Below, in pieces: positions 1 through 9,595 of a DNA stretch of 64,000 nucleotides. The position numbers were made by a program, and so were the translations under genes. The stretch spans positions 6,552 to 70,551 of the forward strand of contig PUNF01000036.1 in the NCBI GenBank assembly GCA_003552525.1, in the 5' to 3' direction. The stretch comes from Clostridia bacterium (GTDB taxonomy: Bacteria > Bacillota > Sulfobacillia > SLMV01). The notes below the pieces were generated by a model. It searched no databases, was not told where the DNA came from, and was given only the letters and a program-made list of their open reading frames with translations. Every line of letters begins with the position of its first letter. The stretch's first letter is position 1.

Positions 1-274
1 CGATGCCACGATCCAGCGTATCCGAGATCCCGAAGTGACCGTCGGTCATGATCGGCGTCCCGATACGCATCCCGTCGAAACCCGGAACCGGTATGGACAG
101 CAACTCATAAAGACCGGAGCGATGCGCCTGCCTGGTCTCGGGCGCGACGTGGCCGGGAACCACCATGGTGACATTGTGGCCCCCGTCCCGAAGGGCCGCT
201 GCGAAGCGCTCCATCGATCGAATGACACCACTGACATACGGGTGATAGGTATCGTTAAAGAACGCGATCTTCAC
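1..274 (-). CDS. Glycosyltransferase family 1 (GT-B), N-terminal part; 3' end outside window
   Basis: Minus-strand translation from a GTG at 274 gives VKIAFFNDTYHPYVSGVIRSMERFAAALRDGGHNVTMVVPGH..., a typical GT4/GT-B N-terminus. A GGGAGGG RBS lies 6 nt upstream at about 281-287 on the plus strand. The frame runs off the window edge. Confidence 0.5.
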   Translation of the reverse strand, partial: MKIAFFNDTYHPYVSGVIRSMERFAAALRDGGHNVTMVVPGHVAPETRQAHRSGLYELLSIPVPGFDGMRIGTPIMTDGHFGISDTLDRGI

Positions 275-380
275 CGGATTCCCTCCCTTCGAATGGATGC
301 TTCGACCTCGGGGGTGCTCTTCCCTACGTGTACGACCTCGAATATACTTCTGGTGTCGCCGTCATGTAAAGGAGGGGACC

Positions 381-1262
381 TTGCCGGATCGTTATCGGAG
401 CGGGTTACGCGTCGCGCGGATCAGCATCGCGGTCAACGTCGCCCTGGTGCTCATCAAGGGTGCAATCGCCCTGGTATCGGGCAGTGCGGCACTGCTGGCC
501 GATGCCGCCCACTCCCTGGGAGACGTCGTGTCAACGCTCCCGGTGATGGTGGGCTTTGCCATCGCACGCCGGCCCGCCGATCCCGACCACCCTTACGGTC
601 ACGGAAGGGCCGAAGAGCTCATGACCGGTATCCTGGCGACGATCCTACTACTCACGGCATTCCTCGTGGCAAGGGAGGGGATCACCCGGCTGATTGGACC
701 GATCCCCCCGGCGCCTGGGCCCATTGCACTCGTGGCCGCCGGGATCTCCATCGCGGTCAAGGAGGCCATGTTCCGCTACACGTTGCGCGAAGGGCAACGC
801 ATCCAAAGCGATCTCCTGATCGCCGATGCCTGGCACCACCGTTCAGATGCGCTTTCATCGGTGGCCGCCCTGGTGGGGATCGCCGGGGCAAACGCGGGTC
901 TTCCGATACTCGATCCCGTGGCCGCCATCGCCGTTTCCCTCATGCTGGCCTGGACCGGCCTATCCATCTTACGTCGGGCCGCGCACGCCCTCATGGACGG
1001 GCGTCCGCCGGATTTCCCCAGGGAACAGGAACGGGTTCGCGCCCTCGCGGCATGCATCCCGGGGATCGTGCACGTCGACCAGGTGCGCATGCGCCGCTAC
1101 GGTGGGAAGCTGGTTATGGACGTCGAGATCAGCGTCGCGCCCGATTATACGGTCAGGACGGCACACGCCCTCGGTCGGCGGTTGCGGACGCGGCTCGAAG
1201 AGGCACATCCGCATATTGGTGAGGTCTTTGTGCACGTGAACCCGCATCGATACCATTCATAG
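381..1262 (+). CDS. Cation diffusion facilitator (CDF) family divalent-metal efflux transporter
   Basis: ORF 297..1262 carries CDF hallmarks (six TM segments, HSLGD and HPYGHGRAEEL motifs, C-terminal cytoplasmic domain). Start re-placed at TTG 381, preceded by AAAGGAGGGG at 367-376; the upstream ATG extension has no support. Confidence 0.8.
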   Translation: MPDRYRSGLRVARISIAVNVALVLIKGAIALVSGSAALLADAAHSLGDVVSTLPVMVGFAIARRPADPDHPYGHGRAEELMTGILATILLLTAFLVAREGITRLIGPIPPAPGPIALVAAGISIAVKEAMFRYTLREGQRIQSDLLIADAWHHRSDALSSVAALVGIAGANAGLPILDPVAAIAVSLMLAWTGLSILRRAAHALMDGRPPDFPREQERVRALAACIPGIVHVDQVRMRRYGGKLVMDVEISVAPDYTVRTAHALGRRLRTRLEEAHPHIGEVFVHVNPHRYHS

Positions 1263-1274
1263 CGGGCGCGTCCC

Positions 1275-2066
1275 TCAATGCGGGATCAGCGTGAGCAACA
1301 ACCCTCCCGCAACGCCCACCAGTAGGCCGTATACATGGGCACCATCCTTGGAAGCGTTGCGGGCAGCCGGCAACATCTCCGTACAGGTGATGTACAGCAT
1401 GGCGCCCGCGGCCAACGCGAGTGCAAAGGCGAGAAACGAATCGGAGATCGTTCCAAACCAGTAGCCCGCTGCGGCCCCTAGCCCCAGGGGAGCCCCGGCC
1501 AATAGACCGGCCAGCAATACGCGGGGGGTGCGGAGTCCACCGGCGATCATGGGGAGGGCCATCGCCATTCCCTCGGGTACATTGTGGAGACCGATCACCA
1601 GGGCAACATTCCGCCCAAGCGACTCGCTGGCGGCGAAACCAGCACCCACGGCCACCCCCTCCGGGAGGTTATGGAGCGCGATCCCCAGGGCGAGCAACAA
1701 TCCCATCCGGACGTAGGGCGTCGTAATGGCGGTATCCTGGGGGTGCAGGTGCGGCAAACGGCGTTCCAGTACGAGCATGAGTAGCGTGCCGACGGCCAGG
1801 CCTCCCATGCCGGCCCACAGCCCCCCATCTTCGAGCGCCTCGGGGACGAGGTCCAAGAAGACGACAACGAGCATCACGCCCGCGGCCATGGCCAACAAGA
1901 AAGCCAGGGACCGCGCGATGCGCCGACCCAAGAGACCTCCCATCAGTGCCCCGAATCCCGTACCGAGCAAACCCGCACCAAATCCCCACAAGATGACCTG
2001 CCCCACGGCACCATCACTCCCTTTCGATCCTGATAAGAGGATATTCGAAACGCGAATTGCGTACAA
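1275..2066 (-). CDS. zupT: ZIP family zinc/iron permease (ZupT-like)
   Basis: HNLPEGVAVGAGF and GLHNVPEGMAMALP paired ZIP signature motifs, about 8 TM segments, 263 aa. The initiation codon reads TTG at 2066-2064. Convergent with the CDF gene. Confidence 0.8.
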   Translation of the reverse strand: MYAIRVSNILLSGSKGSDGAVGQVILWGFGAGLLGTGFGALMGGLLGRRIARSLAFLLAMAAGVMLVVVFLDLVPEALEDGGLWAGMGGLAVGTLLMLVLERRLPHLHPQDTAITTPYVRMGLLLALGIALHNLPEGVAVGAGFAASESLGRNVALVIGLHNVPEGMAMALPMIAGGLRTPRVLLAGLLAGAPLGLGAAAGYWFGTISDSFLAFALALAAGAMLYITCTEMLPAARNASKDGAHVYGLLVGVAGGLLLTLIPH

Positions 2067-2154
2067 TGATGACTACCGTCACGCGGCAGACACCTTCCCG
2101 TTGTTCCGGACCCGTCCAAGTGATAGCCTAACCCTAATAACCGGAAGGGACCAT

Positions 2155-3045
2155 ATGCCCTTGAAAGCAATTCCGGCGCACCCATACATACGTTACGCCT
2201 CCCTTTCCAGCTCCAGTCGATACGGCAATGCCTACCTGGTTGGGGCCGGTGAGACCCATGTGCTCATCGATTACGGGGTCCCGCTCCGCCGCCTCGAATC
2301 GAACCTCGCGCAGCTATCCTGCGATCCGGATACGGTAGCCGGGATCCTCATCACCCATGAACACGGTGACCACAGTCGCGCACTCAGGATCAAACACCCC
2401 TTCCACGTACGATACCAAATACCCGTATATGCAACACCCGGGACCTGGCGAGCCCTGGGAATCGCCCCGGACGGCGTACTCCATCGCGCGCTCGGCTTCC
2501 AAGACCCCATCAGGTTCGGGGGGCTCGCGGTAGATTTCCTCAAGAAGAAACACGACGCCGTAGAACCCGCGGCCGTCCGGGTCCGGGGACCGCGCGATTC
2601 GATCGCGGTCGTCACCGATCTCGGTGAACCCACCCGAGGACTGCTCAATGGTTTGCGGGGAATGAGCCACTTCGTCATCGAGAGCAACTATGACACCGCG
2701 CTGCAAAGAGATTCCGGTCGACCGGATGCCCTCATTCGACGCGTGATGGGTCCACTTGGACACCTTTCAAACGCGCAGGCGGGGGGCCTGCTCCAGCACC
2801 TCGGAGCAGACCGGCTGGAGTCGGTTCTCCTGGCACACCTGAGCCTCGACTGTAACGAACCGGGTTTGGCCATCGAGCGGGCAATGCACGGATTATCCGA
2901 AACCGGATTCCGTGGCCGATTGCGCGCTGCCCCGGCCGATGAAGCCACCGAGTGGATCACGACCCGGACTACGCAGGTATCGACCCGGGCGCCCATACCC
3001 GACAGTGTCCCCGCGGAAGGAGAAGGAAATGCTTCCCAACAGTGA
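2155..3045 (+). CDS. MBL-fold metallo-hydrolase
   Basis: ITHEHGDH (HxHxDH) metallo-beta-lactamase motif. The first 143 codons of ORF 1726..3045 overlap zupT antisense and were rejected. Start placed at ATG 2155, after GGAAGGGA. Confidence 0.7.
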   Translation: MPLKAIPAHPYIRYASLSSSSRYGNAYLVGAGETHVLIDYGVPLRRLESNLAQLSCDPDTVAGILITHEHGDHSRALRIKHPFHVRYQIPVYATPGTWRALGIAPDGVLHRALGFQDPIRFGGLAVDFLKKKHDAVEPAAVRVRGPRDSIAVVTDLGEPTRGLLNGLRGMSHFVIESNYDTALQRDSGRPDALIRRVMGPLGHLSNAQAGGLLQHLGADRLESVLLAHLSLDCNEPGLAIERAMHGLSETGFRGRLRAAPADEATEWITTRTTQVSTRAPIPDSVPAEGEGNASQQ

Positions 3046-3997
3046 ACAGCTATGGAGAGCACACAGGAGAATATCGGGACAGCTGCCCCCGAGCCCGCTA
3101 CTACCGTCGGAATCGCTGACCGCAAGACTGGAGCGCCCCGTATACCTCAAGGTGGAAAGCGCGCAGCCGGGCGGATCGTTTAAGGTTCGGGGCGCCCTCA
3201 ACCGCCTGGCCCATGCCCACCGGCCGGATCGGGTGATCACATCCTCGAGCGGCAACCACGCGGCGGCACTCGCCATGGTCGGCCAGAGCCTGGGCACCAC
3301 CGTAACCGTGGTGGTTCCGGAGGGAACGCCCGAAGAGAAAATCCAGCGGGCACAAGCCCGGGGTGCAGAAGTCCGGGTGCACGGCGCGATATATGACGCA
3401 TCCGAGGCGTTTGCCCGCGAAATGGCAACCGACCTGGGCATTCCGTTCATCAGCGCCTTCGAGGATACGCACATGATCGCCGGCGCGGGTACCATCATCC
3501 CCGAGATCCTCGATCACATCGGCTCCCCGGGAACGATGTTGGTGCCGGTCGGTGGTGGAGGACTCATAAGCGGAATCGCGCGGGCGCTGGAAGTCCTGTC
3601 GCCGGATACGCGCGTCGTCGGGGTGCAGCCGAAAGCATCCTGCCCACTGGCACTGTCCTTTCGTGCCCAAGCGATGGTGGAGGCAACCCACCGACCGACC
3701 CTTTCCGAAGGCACCGCGGGCGGCATATCCGGGACGTTATTCGCGTATCTTCGGGAACGCCTGGACGAAGTCGTGACCCTCGACGAACCGGGGATCGCCG
3801 ACGAAATCACCCGGCTTCTACTGGTGGAAAAGGTCGTCGCCGAGGGGGCAGGTGCACTCGCGAGCGGCGCGCTCAACCGCGAGGATGAACGCGCCACCCA
3901 TTGGCCCTCGCCGATCGTCGCGATCGTATCAGGGGGCAATATCGATCGGCGGGTACTAGGGCGCGTGCTCTCGGCGACGGAGTCGCACACGCCCTAG
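3029..3997 (+). CDS. PLP-dependent threonine/serine dehydratase (short, catabolic type)
   Basis: YLKVESAQPGGSFKVRGALN contains the PLP-lysine motif; SSGNHAAALA glycine-rich loop. Start at ATG 3029, preceded by GGAAGGAGAAGG. 322 aa, with no C-terminal ACT domains. Confidence 0.7.
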   Translation: MLPNSEQLWRAHRRISGQLPPSPLLPSESLTARLERPVYLKVESAQPGGSFKVRGALNRLAHAHRPDRVITSSSGNHAAALAMVGQSLGTTVTVVVPEGTPEEKIQRAQARGAEVRVHGAIYDASEAFAREMATDLGIPFISAFEDTHMIAGAGTIIPEILDHIGSPGTMLVPVGGGGLISGIARALEVLSPDTRVVGVQPKASCPLALSFRAQAMVEATHRPTLSEGTAGGISGTLFAYLRERLDEVVTLDEPGIADEITRLLLVEKVVAEGAGALASGALNREDERATHWPSPIVAIVSGGNIDRRVLGRVLSATESHTP

Positions 3998-4716
3998 GGA
4001 TTGTCCACGACATCGAGGACCCCGGCGATATCACCGCTGTAAGTCGGCTGAGGCAGACGACCCTCGCGGGGGACCCGGTAGCGATCCACCAGGTACGTAT
4101 CGATCCCGATCTCAGCCGCTACCATGTCCTCGAGGGGATCATTGCCGACCATGAGTACCCGTTGCGGTTCGAGCCCGGCAGCCTCGACAAGGTCCCGGTA
4201 ATACTCGGGTCGCGGCTTGCAGAAGTAGCTGTTCTCGTAGCTGGTGATATGCTCAAAGGCGTCGGGGCTTAGGCCTCCCCACCCCAGGCGCGTCTGGATC
4301 GCGACCATGGGGAATAACGGATTGGTCGCAAGCACCCGTCGAATGCCGCGCTGTTGCACCTGGCGCACGACTTCCCGGGCGCCATCGATGCGATGACAAA
4401 GATGCCCGAGCCCGGGAAAGGCTTCCTCATAGAAACGATCAAAGATCAATTTCTCGCGCCGCACGCATTCTGCAGCCACGCCGTCGAAGAAATGGGCCTC
4501 GAAGACCTGCATGTTCAGCCGGTCGGGTGCGTCACTTCGGATCATGGCCTCCGTGGCACGGGTCAGCCGATCGAGGAGGTGCTCTGCATCCCCGTTACGC
4601 CGGGCGAAAAATGCGCCGATCTCGGCGAAGTAAGCGGGAATGAACTCGCGAACATCGAGACCGATCAGCGTCCCGTCGAGGTCGAATAAAACGGCATCGT
4701 AGGGACGACTCAACAC
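3994..4716 (-). CDS. HAD-superfamily hydrolase (phosphatase-like)
   Basis: N-terminal VLFDLDGTLI (DxDGT motif I). The start codon reads GTG at 4716. Confidence 0.7.
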   Translation of the reverse strand: MLSRPYDAVLFDLDGTLIGLDVREFIPAYFAEIGAFFARRNGDAEHLLDRLTRATEAMIRSDAPDRLNMQVFEAHFFDGVAAECVRREKLIFDRFYEEAFPGLGHLCHRIDGAREVVRQVQQRGIRRVLATNPLFPMVAIQTRLGWGGLSPDAFEHITSYENSYFCKPRPEYYRDLVEAAGLEPQRVLMVGNDPLEDMVAAEIGIDTYLVDRYRVPREGRLPQPTYSGDIAGVLDVVDNP

Positions 4717-5219
4717 TCTCTCGCCCCCAGGGGCACGAAGGTGAAGCGGGGCTCATCATCCCCGGAGAGATCGATCCACCCGAGGGATGGAGGGGACCCA
4801 TCCCTGGGGTCCGTGCACGAACCCGGGTTAAACAAGTATATGCCCTCGCGGATCACCAGGTGAGGAGAATGGGTATGCCCGGAGATCACCAGGTCGACAT
4901 CGGAAAACCACGTCGCGAGTCGATCGAACATATCGGGACCACGCCCGGGGCCATCCCCATGCAACAGGCCAACCCGAAGCCCCCCGAGTTCCAGGAGCCG
5001 CTCCTCGGGTAGGTATGACTTCACGTCCCCGGGATCCATGTTTCCACTGACTCCCACGAAAGCATCATCCAACTCAAAGTGTTGCAGCGTTGCCGGGGAC
5101 GTGAAATCCCCGGCGTGTAAGATGGCATCCGGTCCGCTCTCCAGCGCATCCATTACCCCGCGGGGAAGTGCATGGGCACGTCCAGGCAGATGTGTATCGC
5201 TCACTACCAGTATTCTCAA
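4710..5219 (-). CDS. YfcE/MJ0936-type metallophosphoesterase
   Basis: RILVVSDTHLP ... HAGDF ... GHTH calcineurin-like phosphoesterase motifs. TTG start overlaps the gatB stop by 4 nt. Confidence 0.7.
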   Translation of the reverse strand: MRILVVSDTHLPGRAHALPRGVMDALESGPDAILHAGDFTSPATLQHFELDDAFVGVSGNMDPGDVKSYLPEERLLELGGLRVGLLHGDGPGRGPDMFDRLATWFSDVDLVISGHTHSPHLVIREGIYLFNPGSCTDPRDGSPPSLGWIDLSGDDEPRFTFVPLGAREC

Positions 5220-6682
5220 TTGTCATCCCTCCCGCCTCTCAGCCTTCGCGCAATCATTTCGTTTACCTTTTGTGGGTTGGCTTGCCCCCGGGTCTTTTGC
5301 ATGACCTGCCCGACCAGGAACCCGAGTGTCTTATCCTTTCCCCCGGCATAGTCCTCCGCCGCCTCGGGGTGTTCAGCGACGACCTCCTCGATAATCTGTT
5401 CGAGAATCGCATCATCGCTGATCTGGCGCAATCCGCGTCGTTCCACGATGGCCTCGGGGGACCCCCCGCCTTCCATCACCTCGAGCCAGACCTCCTTGGC
5501 GATCTTGCCACTGATCGCCCCATCCTCGACCAACCGCAGCAGCGCGGCGAGATCCGCGGCGGAAAACGGCAGCGCACCGAGCGTGGTGTCAACCGTGTTC
5601 AGGTACCCGGCAATCTCCCCGACGATCCATTTGCAGGCCTCTGACGGCTCGGCCCCCTCGGCGATCGCGGATTCGAAGAAATCCGCCATCTCCGGTTCTT
5701 CCACCAAGATCTCCGCCTGCGACCACTCGATTCCCCAGGTCTCCCGCAGGCGGCGACGACGGGCGCGTGGCAGCTCGGGGATGCCTGCGGCCAGGTAGTC
5801 CACCAGCTCCCGCTCGATCAAGATGGGTGGGAGATCGGGATCCGGGAAATACCGGTAATCGTGGGCCTGCTCCTTCGTGCGTGCCGCGTAGGTGACCTCG
5901 CGGTCGGCATCCCAGTGTCGCGTCTCGTGCAGCAGCCCATCGCCGGCCTCGAGGGCAGAACGGTGGCGCATCAGTTCATATTCCAGGGCACGTTGCACTG
6001 CGCGAAAAGAATTCAAGTTCTTGATCTCGCTAATTTGTGTACGCGTGATCTCCTGGCCCGCTTTCACGTGGACCAGGTTGAAGTTGACGTCGCAACGCAA
6101 CTCCCCTTCCTCCATGCGGACCCGTGAAACCCCCGCGGTCCGCATGATCGCCCGTAATTCCTCCAGGAAGCGCCGCGCCTGGGCGCAAGATGTGATGTCG
6201 GGCTCGGTCACGATCTCTGCCAGCGGCACGCCACACCGGTTGAAATCAAGTTGGGTGTGCCCGCTTTGCCGGGAATGCATCGATTTTCCCGCGTCCTCCT
6301 CGAGGTGGACGCGGCGTATCCGCACCCGGACCTCCTCACCGGAGTGGGAATCGTCGACGACCAGTTCGCCGCCGATGGAGAGGGGGGCCGCATACTGGCT
6401 GATCTGGTACCCCTTCGGCAGATCGGGGTAATGGTAATGCTTGCGCTCGAAGTACGTGCGGGGCGCCACCTGTCCGCCCAGTGCACGGGCACAGGTGATG
6501 CCCAGCTCGATGGCGCGTGCATTCGTCACGGGCAGGCTTCCCGGGAGCCCCAGGCAAACCGGACAAACATCGGTATTGGGGGTCGAGCCGAAGGCATTCA
6601 CGCACGCGCAGAACATCTTGCTTTCGGTGTCGAGGGCGACGTGGATTTCCAACCCAATAACCGGACGATACTGTTCACGCAT
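5216..6682 (-). CDS. gatB: Asp-tRNA(Asn)/Glu-tRNA(Gln) amidotransferase subunit B
   Basis: [27 protein letters not shown]...VCLGLPGSLP is the canonical GatB N-terminus. Start taken at the internal Met (6682), consistent with GatB homologues and an 8-nt overlap with gatA. Confidence 0.9.
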   Translation of the reverse strand: MREQYRPVIGLEIHVALDTESKMFCACVNAFGSTPNTDVCPVCLGLPGSLPVTNARAIELGITCARALGGQVAPRTYFERKHYHYPDLPKGYQISQYAAPLSIGGELVVDDSHSGEEVRVRIRRVHLEEDAGKSMHSRQSGHTQLDFNRCGVPLAEIVTEPDITSCAQARRFLEELRAIMRTAGVSRVRMEEGELRCDVNFNLVHVKAGQEITRTQISEIKNLNSFRAVQRALEYELMRHRSALEAGDGLLHETRHWDADREVTYAARTKEQAHDYRYFPDPDLPPILIERELVDYLAAGIPELPRARRRRLRETWGIEWSQAEILVEEPEMADFFESAIAEGAEPSEACKWIVGEIAGYLNTVDTTLGALPFSAADLAALLRLVEDGAISGKIAKEVWLEVMEGGGSPEAIVERRGLRQISDDAILEQIIEEVVAEHPEAAEDYAGGKDKTLGFLVGQVMQKTRGQANPQKVNEMIARRLRGGRDDN

Positions 6683-8138
6683 CTTCTCCACCCCGTTCCC
6701 GGTGATCACCGAATCCCTCCGGTCCTAGCAGGTGATGCCCGGTCGCCCGCTGGAACCGATCCGCCAGCGCCAAGACCCCGGCGTCATCGAAGCGACGCCC
6801 CATCAGCTGGACCCCGACCGGCAGTCCATTGACCAGCCCACCGGGGACCGAAACCGCGGGAATCCCCGCCAGGTTGGCGGGGATGGTGCAGACATCCGCC
6901 ATGTACATCGCCAGGGGATCCTCCGTGCGCACATCCCTGGGGAAGGCCGTGGTGGGACAGGTCGGCGTCAAAAGATAATCGTATTGCGCGAATGCGCGGG
7001 TGATCTCGCCTGCCATAATCCCGCGAACACGTGCCGCCTTGAGGTAGTAAGCATCGTAGTACCCGGCACTGAGGACGAAGGTGCCCAGCGTGATGCGCCG
7101 CTGCACCTCACGGCCGAAACCCTCTCCCCTGCTCTTCCAATACAATTCTTCGATACTATTGGCCGCGGCACGACGGCCATACCGTACACCGTCAAAACGC
7201 GCCAGGTTCGATGCCGCCTCGGCCGACGCGAGGATGTAATACGTTGGCAGGGCATATACGGTATGCGGCAAGGACATTTCTTCGACGCGGGCACCGAGTT
7301 CGCTGAAGACGTCTGCAGCCGATCGAACCGCCCGCACCACTTCCGGATCGACGCCCTGGCCAAAATACTCGCGCGGTATCCCGATCCGCAAACCATCGCA
7401 CCCGTCCGGGGCCGCTCGAACGCGACGCAGGAAGTCCCCGGCGTCGGGATGATCGGAAGAAGTACTGTCGCCCGGATCGTGCGCAACCAGTATATCCATT
7501 GCGGCCGCACAGTCGCTGGCGGTCATCGCCATCGGGCCGACCTGGTCCATAGAAGAAGCAAAGGCGACCAAACCCATGCGCGAAACCGCCCCGTAGGTCG
7601 GCTTCATGCCGGTGATCCCACAGAAGGCGGCGGGTTGGCGGATGGATCCCCCGGTATCCGTTCCCAGGGCAAGGGGAACCAGGCCTGCGGCCACGGCGGC
7701 TGCACTCCCCCCGCTGGATCCACCTGGAACGTGATCCGGCCGCCAGGGGTTGGCGACCGGGTGAAAGGCCGAGGTCTCGTTCGAGGAACCCATGGCGAAT
7801 TCATCCATGTTGGTCTTGCCCACGAGGATGGCGCCCGCTTCCTGCATGCGCGCAATCACCGTCGCATCGTAGGGTGGGTGATAGTCCTCGAGCATTCTGG
7901 AGGCGCAGGTGGTGGGCAGTGTGGCCGTACAGAGGTTATCCTTCGCCGCGTACGGAATGCCGTGCAGGGGTCCTTTCACCCCTGGAGCATCGGGGTAGGA
8001 TACCGAGAGAAAAGCCCCGAGGTGCGCGTCGTGGCGCGCAATCTCCGCCACCGTCCTTCTCAACGGTTCCCCGGGCGAGATATCCCCCGATTGGACGGCC
8101 GCGACGGTGTCTGTCACCGGGGCTCGTGGCCTACACAT
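6675..8138 (-). CDS. gatA: Glutamyl-tRNA(Gln) amidotransferase subunit A (amidase signature family)
   Basis: [23 protein letters not shown] and [10 protein letters not shown] amidase-signature motifs. ORF-track N-terminal 54 codons rejected; ATG at 8138 verified, overlapping gatC by 8 nt. Confidence 0.9.
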   Translation of the reverse strand: MCRPRAPVTDTVAAVQSGDISPGEPLRRTVAEIARHDAHLGAFLSVSYPDAPGVKGPLHGIPYAAKDNLCTATLPTTCASRMLEDYHPPYDATVIARMQEAGAILVGKTNMDEFAMGSSNETSAFHPVANPWRPDHVPGGSSGGSAAAVAAGLVPLALGTDTGGSIRQPAAFCGITGMKPTYGAVSRMGLVAFASSMDQVGPMAMTASDCAAAMDILVAHDPGDSTSSDHPDAGDFLRRVRAAPDGCDGLRIGIPREYFGQGVDPEVVRAVRSAADVFSELGARVEEMSLPHTVYALPTYYILASAEAASNLARFDGVRYGRRAAANSIEELYWKSRGEGFGREVQRRITLGTFVLSAGYYDAYYLKAARVRGIMAGEITRAFAQYDYLLTPTCPTTAFPRDVRTEDPLAMYMADVCTIPANLAGIPAVSVPGGLVNGLPVGVQLMGRRFDDAGVLALADRFQRATGHHLLGPEGFGDHRERGGEDA

Positions 8139-8442
8139 CCTCGGACACCCCGTCTCCGACGACCCGGGGAACCACCACGTATGGACCCTCTCGCTCTGGT
8201 GCCGATTGCAAAAATCTCTCGTGTAAACGAGAGGCATGGGCGTCATCGGGGCGCGTGATGTTCTCGTCGATTTCGACCGGGTTGTGTAGCGGGGAAACAT
8301 CCGAGGTATCCAGGTGTTCGATCGTACTCACGTAGTCCAGGATTACTGCCAGGTCCTGCTGCATCCTACACCGTTCGCTGGGATCGAGCTCGAGCCGGGC
8401 CAGCCGCAGTATCTCGTCGACCCTATCCGCATCAATGCTCAT
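8131..8442 (-). CDS. gatC: Glutamyl-tRNA(Gln) amidotransferase subunit C
   Basis: MSIDADRVDEILRLARLELDPSE... is typical GatC; 103 aa, immediately upstream of gatA. Confidence 0.85.
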   Translation of the reverse strand: MSIDADRVDEILRLARLELDPSERCRMQQDLAVILDYVSTIEHLDTSDVSPLHNPVEIDENITRPDDAHASRLHERFLQSAPEREGPYVVVPRVVGDGVSEDV

Positions 8443-8478
8443 GGCAACACAACCTCTCCCTTCGCAGCCTATTGTCGA

Positions 8479-8506
8479 TTATACCGGGACGGACCCCGAT
8501 CCTCCA
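8479..8506 (-). promoter_or_regulatory. Candidate sigma-A promoter for gatCAB (-35 TTGGAG / -10 TATAAT)
   Basis: On the minus strand, a perfect TATAAT (plus 8479-8484) with TTGGAG about 18 nt upstream. Lies about 35 nt upstream of the gatC RBS GGGAGAGG. Confidence 0.4.
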
Positions 8507-8518
8507 ACGGCACGAGAA

Positions 8519-8546
8519 AGGGGAGCGCCGCCCTCGACGCTCCCCT
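8519..8546 (-). terminator. Rho-independent terminator after the opp-like operon
   Basis: Perfect 9-bp stem AGGGGAGCG / CGCTCCCCT with a 10-nt loop, followed on the minus strand by UUCUCGUG. Sits between the oppF-like stop (8576) and the gatC promoter. Confidence 0.55.
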
Positions 8547-8575
8547 GCATCCTTCACTGGATTCCCCTTTACCGT

Positions 8576-9595
8576 CTACTCCTCGTGCAGCCAGCAGGCC
8601 ACGAAGTGCTCGGTACCGATATCCTGCCAGGGCGGCTTTTCCTCTGCACACTTGGGCATGGCATGGCGACAGCGGGTGCGGAAGTGGCATCCGCTGGGCG
8701 GGTTCGACGGACTGGGCACATCACCCTCCAGCACGATGCGCTTACGCGTACGCTGGATTTGCGGGTCGGCGATGGGAATCGCCGAGAGCAATGCCTCGGT
8801 GTACGGGTGTGCCGGGTTCTCGTACAGCTCGTCCTGTTCGGCCAGCTCCACCAGCTGTCCGAGGTACATCACCGCCACCCGGTCACTGATATGGCGTACG
8901 ACACTGAGATCGTGGGCGATGAACAGATAAGTCAGGTCGAATTCTTCCTGGAGGTCCTCGAGGAGGTTGAGCACCTGGGATTGAATCGACACGTCAAGGG
9001 CCGATACCGGCTCGTCGCAGACGATGAGCTTCGGGTTCAATGCCAGCGCGCGGGCGACCCCGATACGCTGACGCTGTCCACCGGAAAACTCGTGTGGATA
9101 ACGGCGCGCGTGCATCCCACGAAGACCGACGGTCTCGAGGAGGGAGCGGACACGATCGTCCTTCTCCTTGCGCCGGGCGACACCGTGGATCTCCAGGGGC
9201 TCACCGATGATATCTCCCACGGTCATACGCGGGTTCAACGAAGCATAGGGGTCCTGGAACACGATCTGCATGTCACGCCGGACCCGACGCATGTCTTCAC
9301 GGTCGAGGTCGAAGATGTTGCGCCCCTCGAACTCGACACTTCCCTCGGTGGCCTCCAATAGACGGAGGATCACACGGCCCGTGGTTGTCTTACCGCAACC
9401 GCTCTCGCCCACCAGGCCGAGCGTTTCACCGGGCTTGATGGTGAAGCTGACGTCGTCGACGGCCTTCACGAATCCGACGATGCGACTGAAGACGCCCCCG
9501 GTAATCGGGAAGTATTTCTTCAGGTTATTCACGACGATGAGGTCGTCCGTACCCTCGTGACTTTGCTTTTCCACAGCCTCTGCGGGCTGAACCAT
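8576..9595 (-). CDS. ABC transporter ATP-binding protein, oligopeptide/dipeptide family (OppF-like)
   Basis: Walker [13 protein letters not shown] signature LSGGQRQR, Walker [13 protein letters not shown], plus the oligopeptide/dipeptide C-terminal extension. Confidence 0.85.
   Translation of the reverse strand: MVQPAEAVEKQSHEGTDDLIVVNNLKKYFPITGGVFSRIVGFVKAVDDVSFTIKPGETLGLVGESGCGKTTTGRVILRLLEATEGSVEFEGRNIFDLDREDMRRVRRDMQIVFQDPYASLNPRMTVGDIIGEPLEIHGVARRKEKDDRVRSLLETVGLRGMHARRYPHEFSGGQRQRIGVARALALNPKLIVCDEPVSALDVSIQSQVLNLLEDLQEEFDLTYLFIAHDLSVVRHISDRVAVMYLGQLVELAEQDELYENPAHPYTEALLSAIPIADPQIQRTRKRIVLEGDVPSPSNPPSGCHFRTRCRHAMPKCAEEKPPWQDIGTEHFVACWLHEE

Noticed and set aside
35-1222. 395-aa plus-strand ORF spanning the glycosyltransferase start and most of the CDF gene in another frame
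   Set aside because: Arg/Gly/Pro-rich, low-complexity translation typical of an out-of-frame high-GC ORF. It overlaps a well-supported CDF gene and a minus-strand glycosyltransferase N-terminus with a clear RBS.
1726-2154. First 143 codons of ORF 1726..3045 (N-terminal extension of the MBL hydrolase)
   Set aside because: It overlaps zupT on the opposite strand. The MBL domain begins after the ATG at 2155, which has a good RBS.
6732-8258. 508-aa plus-strand ORF antisense to gatA
   Set aside because: It lies entirely inside the conserved gatA coding region on the opposite strand. Its composition (R/G/P/H-rich) is typical of a spurious GC-rich antisense frame.
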